Origin: Bryobacteraceae bacterium
GTDB lineage: Bacteria; Acidobacteriota; Terriglobia; Bryobacterales; Bryobacteraceae
Reading direction: 5' to 3'
Length of the DNA: 64,000 nucleotides
Assembly: GCA_049509915.1 (NCBI GenBank)
Contig: JBEKZL010000014.1
Span: forward strand, 2,587 to 66,586
Under the pieces are notes generated by a model. The model had not been told where the DNA came from, did no database searches, and worked only from the letters and a program-made list of their open reading frames with translations. Position numbers and translations under genes: made by a program. Below are positions 57,252 through 64,000 of the stretch, one piece after another. Position 1 is the stretch's first letter. Every line of letters starts with the position of its first letter.

Positions 57252-58130
57252 GTGGACGTCCCCCTCCTCATCAAGCAACGCCTGAAGGAACTTGGCCTTG
57301 AACAAAAAGACCTCGCGGCGGCCGCTCAGGTGACCGAATCGTACATCTCGCAACTGCTGGCGCGGAAAAAGGCGCCTCCGGCGCCCGCCCGCACGGATAT
57401 CTATGAGAAGATCGGCGCAGCCTTGAGGCTTCCGAGCGGAGAACTGTCGAACATGGCGGAGGTACAGCGTACGGAGGAACTGCGGAAGAAGATATCGGAG
57501 CCGCCGCGGCCTCTGTTCAAAGAGTGCCGGGAGTTGGTCCTGCGCAAGTGCGAACCTGCCAGGCAAAGCGAACTGCGGAGGATTTTTGAAAAGGCGACGT
57601 TTGGGGAACTCGAGCGCCTGGTCACCCAGAAACTTCTGGATGCCGCCCAGGCAGTGGCTAAAGAAGAGTTGGGACATGAAGAGTGGCTGCGTCTGATTGC
57701 CCAACTGAGCGGCCGCAGCTATGAGCAAATGCGCGTTGCCACTCTCGAGTTCCTGGATACCGACGTCTTCAACATCTCCGTCGAGAGTTGCGCCTCGTTC
57801 CTGGATCCGATGATCGACTCATGGGATATCGACCTCAAGACCTTCGGCATTGAAGTTGTTCTGAATCGCCTTCTCACGACAGGCAGCCCGAAGCGATTCG
57901 AGTTCACCGAACAGGAGTCAGAGCCCTTGGCCATCGAGCCAGGGCTCGAGCAATTCCTGAAGGACGCGTCTTTGAGCGGCGATGTCACCGAAGAGGAGAT
58001 CGCGTTTCTGAAGGCGTTGAAGTTAAGAGGGAGGCAACCGTCCCCTATCTATTACTACCGGGAGCTACAAAACCTGAGGGATCCGCTTCATTTTCCACTT
58101 ATCAAACAGCCGGAGATTCGGACCGATTGA
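57252..58130 (+). CDS. XRE-type helix-turn-helix protein with long C-terminal extension
   Basis: The N-terminal HTH is LIKQRLKELGLEQKDLAAAAQVTESYISQLLARKK. The start is GTG, and AT-rich palindromes lie upstream. Confidence 0.65.
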   Translation: MDVPLLIKQRLKELGLEQKDLAAAAQVTESYISQLLARKKAPPAPARTDIYEKIGAALRLPSGELSNMAEVQRTEELRKKISEPPRPLFKECRELVLRKCEPARQSELRRIFEKATFGELERLVTQKLLDAAQAVAKEELGHEEWLRLIAQLSGRSYEQMRVATLEFLDTDVFNISVESCASFLDPMIDSWDIDLKTFGIEVVLNRLLTTGSPKRFEFTEQESEPLAIEPGLEQFLKDASLSGDVTEEEIAFLKALKLRGRQPSPIYYYRELQNLRDPLHFPLIKQPEIRTD

Positions 58131-58169
58131 AGCGATTCGGAGTTTTGCCTGCCAGCTACGGAGTGCTCT

Positions 58170-60458
58170 ATGAAAGAAACTTCTAAAGTCCGCAAGATCG
58201 CTTTCGTCGGCGATCACTTGCCGCGCAAGTGCGGGATTGCCACCTTCACTTCCGACCTGCTAGCCGCGGTTGCGAGCGCGCATCCGCAAAGCCAATGTTT
58301 CTCCGTATCCGTCAACGACATTAAGGGCGGCTACGATTACCCGGAGGCGGTTCGTTTTGAGATTGAGGAGCAGGACATCTCGTCCTATCTGCGCGCCGCG
58401 GACTTCCTGAACATCAGCAACGTGGACATCGTCTGTCTGCAGCACGAATTCGGCATCTACGGCGGGCCCGCGGGCGGTCATATTCTGGCGTTCCTGCGGG
58501 AATTGCGGATGCCGGTTGTCACCACACTCCACACCGTTTTGCGCGAGCCCAGAGCGGACCAGCGGCGCGTCATGCAGGAACTGATCTCACTTTCCACGCG
58601 CCTGGTTGTCATGACCGAGCGCGGGCGGCAGATGTTGCAGGAGGTCTATGGCGCACCGCCGGCGAAGATCGATCCGATCGCGCACGGGATTCCCGACGTG
58701 GGGTTCGTCGATCCGACTTATTTCAAGGACCAGTTTGGGGTGGAAGGAAAGGTAGTGCTGCTCACCTTTGGCTTGCTTTCCCCCAACAAGGGCATCGAGT
58801 ATGTGCTCAAGGCTCTGCCGCAGATTCTGGCGGAGTTTCCCAACGTTGTTTACATTGTGCTGGGCGCCACGCACCCGAACGAATTGCGGGAGCACGGCGA
58901 AGCCTACCGGGTGAGCCTGGAAATGCTGGCCAAGAAGAACAAGATCGAAAAGAACGTGATTTTCTACAACGATTTTGTCGATATCGAGAATCTGAAGGAG
59001 TTCATCGGAGCCGCCGACCTTTACATCACGCCTTACCTGAACGAAGCGCAAATCACATCGGGCACACTGGCGTACGCGTTTGGCGCGGGCAAAGCAGTGG
59101 TTTCCACGCCGTACTGGCATGCCGCCGAACTGCTGGCGGAAGATCGCGGGGTGCTGGTACCGTTCGGCGACGCCCGGGCGATGGCCCGCGAGGTAATCGG
59201 CTTGCTCGGGGACGATACGCGCCGGCATGCGATGCGCAAGAACGCCTATCGAATGGGGCGGGAAATGGTCTGGAGCAACGTCGCGCAGCTCTACATGCGA
59301 TCGTTCGAGTTGGCACGGCTGCAGGGCGCCGCGCCTTCCCGGAAATCGCTTGTCACCAAAACGCTCGACCGCAGACCGCGCGAACTTCCCACTCTGAAGC
59401 TGGATCATCTCTTGCGCATGACCGATTCGACCGGAGTCTTCCAGCACGCCACGTTCAGCGTTCCCAATTTTTCCGAAGGTTATTGCACCGACGACAATGC
59501 GCGCGCATTCATACTCGCGATGCTGCTGGGCGAATTAGGCGAGGAATCGGAACAGGTGCGAGCGGTAGCGACCACCACCGCGGCGTTTCTGCAACACTCG
59601 TTCAACAGCCAGACCAAGCGCTTCCACAACCACCTCGGTTTCGACCGCCGTTGGCTCGACGAGCAGGGCTCCGAGGATTGCCAAGGCCGAGCCCTATGGG
59701 CCCTCGGCGTCGGAGTGGGACGTTCTTTGTTCCCGAGCTTTCAGGCGATGGCCGGACAACTCTTCGCCCTGGCTCTGCCGCCGTTGACGGAGTTCACCTC
59801 GCCGCGGGCTTGGGCATTCGGCTTGATCGGTATCCATGAATACCTGCGCAGGCTAAGGGGCGATAGCCTGGTGAACCAGACCCGCGAGACTCTGACCGCG
59901 AAACTGTTGGACCTGCTCGAGCGAAACGCCGCTCCGGACTGGTGCTGGTTTGAGCAGGAACTATCCTACGACAATGCGAAGCTGGCGCACGCCCTGATTC
60001 TGAGCGGACGCGCCACCGGACAGCCGGCGGTATTCGAGCGCGGCCTCGATGCGTTACGCTGGCTGAACGAGGTGCAGATCTCCGAAAAGGGCCACTTTCG
60101 GCCCATCGGCAGCAATGGGTTTTACCATCGTGGCGGCCAGCGCGCCAATTTCGACCAGCAACCCATCGAAGCTCACGCCATGGTTTCCGCCTGTCTGGAA
60201 GCTTATTGCGCCACTGCGGACGTCTGGTGGTACGAACAGGCGCAACGCGCCTTCGATTGGTTTATCGGTTGGAACGACCTCGGGTTGGAACTCTATTCTC
60301 CCGAAAGCGGCGCCTGCGGCGACGGGCTGCACGTCGATCGGGCCAATCGGAACGAGGGCGCGGAGTCCACGCTGGCCTTCGTGCTGTCATTAGCAGAAAT
60401 GCGCCTGGCGCAGGACATGCTCACCAGTTTCAAAGAGCCGATCGCCGTCGGCGCCTAG
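58170..60458 (+). CDS. GT4-family glycosyltransferase fused to a C-terminal alpha/alpha-barrel-like domain
   Basis: The N-terminal half contains KIAFVGDHLPRKCGIATFTSDL and a GT-B C-lobe with the ...TPYLNEAQITSGTLAYAFGAGKAVVSTP E-x7-E-like region. The C-terminal ~370 aa are helical-repeat-like. Confidence 0.8.
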   Translation: MKETSKVRKIAFVGDHLPRKCGIATFTSDLLAAVASAHPQSQCFSVSVNDIKGGYDYPEAVRFEIEEQDISSYLRAADFLNISNVDIVCLQHEFGIYGGPAGGHILAFLRELRMPVVTTLHTVLREPRADQRRVMQELISLSTRLVVMTERGRQMLQEVYGAPPAKIDPIAHGIPDVGFVDPTYFKDQFGVEGKVVLLTFGLLSPNKGIEYVLKALPQILAEFPNVVYIVLGATHPNELREHGEAYRVSLEMLAKKNKIEKNVIFYNDFVDIENLKEFIGAADLYITPYLNEAQITSGTLAYAFGAGKAVVSTPYWHAAELLAEDRGVLVPFGDARAMAREVIGLLGDDTRRHAMRKNAYRMGREMVWSNVAQLYMRSFELARLQGAAPSRKSLVTKTLDRRPRELPTLKLDHLLRMTDSTGVFQHATFSVPNFSEGYCTDDNARAFILAMLLGELGEESEQVRAVATTTAAFLQHSFNSQTKRFHNHLGFDRRWLDEQGSEDCQGRALWALGVGVGRSLFPSFQAMAGQLFALALPPLTEFTSPRAWAFGLIGIHEYLRRLRGDSLVNQTRETLTAKLLDLLERNAAPDWCWFEQELSYDNAKLAHALILSGRATGQPAVFERGLDALRWLNEVQISEKGHFRPIGSNGFYHRGGQRANFDQQPIEAHAMVSACLEAYCATADVWWYEQAQRAFDWFIGWNDLGLELYSPESGACGDGLHVDRANRNEGAESTLAFVLSLAEMRLAQDMLTSFKEPIAVGA

Positions 60459-60466
60459 GCATCTTC

Positions 60467-61930
60467 ATGAACACTAATTCCATTCACGTCACGCGTACGC
60501 CGACAATCCTCAGCCCCGACCAGTCGCGCGTGCTGCTGCGGCCATTCAGTCCGGGCGATTCCGAGCGAGTCGGAAGGATCGTCGAACGGATCATGTCGCT
60601 TCCGGAAGACGAGGTCGGTCTCCTCCTCAAAGAAATATTGGGCGAGTTCTCCGCACGCCATCATGACATCCGCAGCCTGTTCCTGGAACGCTACGAACAA
60701 GTCCGCGAGTTCGTGCCGGCGGGTGCGGACGTGTCCGAGGAACGGCGACTCCTGATTGGCTCCTATTTCCTGGCCGAGTACTCCCTGGAATCCGCCGCCC
60801 TGTTCAATCCCTCCATCGTTCCGCATCCTGACCAGACGGATCTGGCGCCCGGCGCGCTGCGCTTTATTCTCAGCTTGCGGGCGACCGGAGAAGGGCACAT
60901 TTCCTCCATCACTTTTCGAACCGGTATCATCCACGCCGATCAGCGGATCGAGGTATTCACTCCCAGCGGGTTCCTCACCGAACCGCGCCAGATCCCCAAT
61001 CCCCGCTACGAGAAGGCCCTGTTCGGCCGGAAACTGTTCGAGCTGGGATTGCACGACGAATTCACGCGCCGGGTCATGAGCCGGCTGGGCGAATCGTTCG
61101 CTCAGGAAGAGCTGCGCGCCGCTCTCCAGGCCGAACAGTTCCGCCTGCCGGATGGAATGGCGCCCGAAGATCAGGAAGACTCTCAGGGGATTTGGATGCT
61201 GGCCCGCTCCAACTACCAGGTTCAGTTCCAGCCCGACCAGCAGATCTCCGACCGCATTCTCTTCCCGGTCACACCTTCGCAACGCAACGGCATTGAAGAC
61301 GCCCGTTTCGTGTGTTTTCGAAACGACGACGGCAGCCACATCTACTACGCCACCTTCACCGCCTACGATGGCAAGATCGTGGTGCCGGAACTGGTGGAGA
61401 CCGACGACTTCCTCCTATTTCAGTTCATCACCTTGAATGGCCCCGCCGCGGAAAACAAAGGACTGGCGATCTTTCCGCGGAAGATCGGCGGTATGTATGC
61501 CATGCTCTCGCGCCAGGACAACGAGAACATCTACCTGATGTTCTCCGACAACGTCCACTTCTGGAACCAGTACAGCGTGCTCCTCAAGCCTGCGTTTCCC
61601 TGGGAACTGGTCCAACTCGGCAACTGCGGATCTCCGATCGAAACCGACAACGGATGGCTGGTGCTGAGCCACGGTGTGGGCCCGATGCGAAAGTACTGCA
61701 TCGGCGCGTTTTTGCTGGATCGCGACGATCCCAGCAAGGTAATCGGCCGTCTCCGCGAACCCTTGCTGAAGCCGAACCAGAACGAGCGCGAAGGCTACGT
61801 GCCCAACGTCGTCTATACCTGCGGCGCTCTGGTCCACAACGGCGTATTAATCATTCCGTACGGCCTGGCCGATCATGCCACCGGTTTCGCAACCGTCCCA
61901 CTGGCGGAAGTGCTGGCTGCCATGGAGTAA
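60467..61930 (+). CDS. GH130-like glycosidase/phosphorylase with ~190-aa N-terminal extension
   Basis: The C-terminal beta-propeller region reads GIEDARFVCF...YYATFTAYDG...NKGLAIFPRKIGG...GVGPMRKYCIGAFLLD...VPNVVYTCG. Confidence 0.75.
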   Translation: MNTNSIHVTRTPTILSPDQSRVLLRPFSPGDSERVGRIVERIMSLPEDEVGLLLKEILGEFSARHHDIRSLFLERYEQVREFVPAGADVSEERRLLIGSYFLAEYSLESAALFNPSIVPHPDQTDLAPGALRFILSLRATGEGHISSITFRTGIIHADQRIEVFTPSGFLTEPRQIPNPRYEKALFGRKLFELGLHDEFTRRVMSRLGESFAQEELRAALQAEQFRLPDGMAPEDQEDSQGIWMLARSNYQVQFQPDQQISDRILFPVTPSQRNGIEDARFVCFRNDDGSHIYYATFTAYDGKIVVPELVETDDFLLFQFITLNGPAAENKGLAIFPRKIGGMYAMLSRQDNENIYLMFSDNVHFWNQYSVLLKPAFPWELVQLGNCGSPIETDNGWLVLSHGVGPMRKYCIGAFLLDRDDPSKVIGRLREPLLKPNQNEREGYVPNVVYTCGALVHNGVLIIPYGLADHATGFATVPLAEVLAAME

Positions 61931-61949
61931 GGAGGGTGCGTTTGCCACT

Positions 61950-62798
61950 ATGAAAGTTTCCGTTACCCACTCCACCGTATACCGCTACGATTTCCCGGTG
62001 TACCTGGAACCCCACATCTTCCGGCTTCGGCCGCGCACCAACAGCTCACAAAGCCTGTTGGCGTTCGACCTCCGGATCGCCCCAACTCCCGCCGGCACCA
62101 CGGAGTGTTTGGATCAGGACGGCACCCTCGCCCTCAACGCCTGGTTCGGTGCGCCCACCAGCGAGTTGAGCGTTACCAGCCAATTCACGGTGGAGATGCT
62201 TCGCGAAAACCCTTTCGACTATGTACTTACCGGCAATGCGTTGAACCTTCCCCTATGGTACCTGGAGCCTTTGTGTACAAGCCTGGCTCCGTACCGGAAC
62301 GACCTGCAGGTGGCCGATCCGGTTAAGCAGTATGCGCAATCCACGGCCGCCGCGGCGCAATGGAATACGCTATGGTTTCTGACGACATTGAGCCGGCAGA
62401 TCTTTCAAACCTGCCGCCAGGTGGTCCGGCCATACGGTCCTCCCTGGCCTTCGGACCGAACGTTGAGCGCGCAGGAAGGATCCTGCCGCGACCTGGCCGT
62501 CCTGTTCTGCGACACTTGCCGCGTGATGGGAATCGCGGCGCGCTTCGTCAGCGGCTATGAATGCGCGTCGGCCGGCCGCGACGATTCCTACATGCACGCC
62601 TGGGCCGAAGTTTATTTGCCGGGCATCGGCTGGCGCGCATACGATCCCGCTCGCGGACTGGCGGTGTCCAACGGGCACGTAGCCGTGGCCGCGGGTTTCG
62701 ACCACGATCTCGCCTCCCCGGTGGCGGGTTGGTATGCCGGCGGATCGCCATCGCAAATGGAAGCCTCGATAAGAATGCGGATCGACCATGCCAACTAA
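61950..62798 (+). CDS. transglutaminase-like cysteine protease family protein
   Basis: The N-terminal Bact_transglu_N-like region is VTHSTVYRYDFPV. The catalytic contexts are GSCRDLAVLF, YMHAWAEVYLPGIGWRAYDP. A TAAGGAGG RBS precedes the start. Confidence 0.8.
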   Translation: MKVSVTHSTVYRYDFPVYLEPHIFRLRPRTNSSQSLLAFDLRIAPTPAGTTECLDQDGTLALNAWFGAPTSELSVTSQFTVEMLRENPFDYVLTGNALNLPLWYLEPLCTSLAPYRNDLQVADPVKQYAQSTAAAAQWNTLWFLTTLSRQIFQTCRQVVRPYGPPWPSDRTLSAQEGSCRDLAVLFCDTCRVMGIAARFVSGYECASAGRDDSYMHAWAEVYLPGIGWRAYDPARGLAVSNGHVAVAAGFDHDLASPVAGWYAGGSPSQMEASIRMRIDHAN

Positions 62799-63819
62799 GA
62801 GAATCGCCGTGCTCTCGCCGGTAGCCTGGCGAACGCCTCCCCGGCAATACGGCGCGTGGGAGACTGTCGCCAGTAACATCGCCGAAGGTCTGGTCTCTCG
62901 CGGTTGGGACGTCACCCTGTTCGCCACCCGCGATTCCGTCACTCGCACTCACCTGCATGCCGTGATCGACCGGGGATATGAAGAAGATCCCGCCGTCGAT
63001 CCCAAAGTGGCCGAATACCTTCACATCTCCGAAGCCTTCGAGCACGCCGGCGAGTTCGACCTCATCCACAGCCACTACGACTTCATGGCCCTTAGCTACT
63101 CACGGCTGGTGAAAACGCCCATTCTCACTACCATCCACGGATTCTCATCGCCACGAATCATGCCCGTCTATGAGAAGTATCGGGACGGATATTTCGTTTC
63201 TATTAGTAACTCCGACCGCGCTCCGGGGCTGAACTATCTGGCGACGGTCTATAACGGCATCGACCTCGATTTGTACCCGCTCCGGAAATCGCACGGTGAC
63301 GAGCTGATCTTCCTTGGCCGGATCCACCCGGATAAGGGCGTCCATCTGGCGATCGAGGTTGCCCGCCAGAGCGGCCTGCCGCTGCTCATCGCGGGCATTA
63401 TCCAGGACCGAACCTACTTCCGCGAGCAAGTCGAGCCCTACCTGGATCGTACCATCCGCTACATCGGGCCGGTCGACGTCACCGGCAAAAACGAGTTATT
63501 TGCGCGCGCCCGCGCCCTGCTGCACCTGAACACCATTCCGGAACGATTTGGACTCGTCCTGGTGGAAGCCAATGCCGCCGGCGTGCCCGTAATCGCCATG
63601 GACCTCGGCTCCTGCCGCGAGGTGATCGAAGACGCGCGCACGGGTTTCCTGGTCGACGGCGTCCCGCAAGCCGTGGGTGTGTTGAACCGCCTTTCGGAAA
63701 TCGATAGCGAAGTCTGCCGCCAAAGAGTCCAGCAGTGCTTTTCGATCGAAACCATGGTGGCGGCCTATGAACGAGTGTACCGCAGGATTTTCGAACTGGA
63801 AGCGAACAAACGATCATGA
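62788..63819 (+). CDS. GT4-family glycosyltransferase
   Basis: Contains RIAVLSP...PPRQYGAWETVASNIAEGL and ERFGLVLVEANAAGVPVIA. It overlaps the previous gene by 11 nt. Confidence 0.85.
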   Translation: MPTKRIAVLSPVAWRTPPRQYGAWETVASNIAEGLVSRGWDVTLFATRDSVTRTHLHAVIDRGYEEDPAVDPKVAEYLHISEAFEHAGEFDLIHSHYDFMALSYSRLVKTPILTTIHGFSSPRIMPVYEKYRDGYFVSISNSDRAPGLNYLATVYNGIDLDLYPLRKSHGDELIFLGRIHPDKGVHLAIEVARQSGLPLLIAGIIQDRTYFREQVEPYLDRTIRYIGPVDVTGKNELFARARALLHLNTIPERFGLVLVEANAAGVPVIAMDLGSCREVIEDARTGFLVDGVPQAVGVLNRLSEIDSEVCRQRVQQCFSIETMVAAYERVYRRIFELEANKRS

Positions 63820-64000
63820 AGCCGGACATTGTTAGACGATACCCTCACAATCCCATCCTCACCAAGGCACGGATCCCGTATCCGGTGGAGACCGTTCACA
63901 ACGCGGCGGTGGTGAAGTACGGCGACGAATACATCATGTTGTTCCGGTCCCATTTGCGCACCGGCCGTTCCATCATTGGTCTGGCGCGCAGCCCCGATGG
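63816..64000 (+). CDS. GH130-family glycosidase/phosphorylase, N-terminal 61 codons (continues beyond the window)
   Basis: Reads RYPHNPILTKARIPYPVETVHNAAVVKYGDEYIMLFR. The ATGA start overlaps the stop of the GT4 gene. Confidence 0.7.
   Translation, partial: MKPDIVRRYPHNPILTKARIPYPVETVHNAAVVKYGDEYIMLFRSHLRTGRSIIGLARSPD

Overview
High-GC (about two-thirds G+C by eye) bacterial chromosomal window. The gene content looks acidobacterial (CarboxypepD_reg-type TonB receptor, TIGR03436-like VWFA protein); this taxon call is inference only. Housekeeping and metabolic blocks: sdhAB (partial); a Tat-signal sugar-acid/glycan cluster (dgoD-like, GH42-like, UroD-like, RhaT-like); furA-katG; an L-threonate/D-erythronate type operon (MFS, dehydrogenase, otnK, otnC); pxpBC; groES-groEL; and a GT4/GH130/transglutaminase cluster. 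Interleaved accessory material: two DUF433/PIN-like (DUF5615) toxin-antitoxin pairs; an MntA/HepT pair sitting between two copies of the otnC 3' end; and a ~2.3-kb PD-(D/E)XK nuclease-like gene killed by four separate lesions. There is also a PspA/IM30 envelope-stress cluster and a complete RsbR-RsbS-RsbT stressosome module feeding two histidine kinases through three serial RsbT-like domains. An EACC1-like / EF-hand caspase / WD40 cassette lies next to a transposase relic. Several short repeat and hairpin families are present. Gene decay is unusually dense: deoC-like, PEP-utilising enzyme, YncE-like propeller, and TPP-enzyme, UDG, receiver-domain and transposase fragments. No rRNA, tRNA or CRISPR array was found. 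All family names come from reading the translations and from memory, because no searches could be run.
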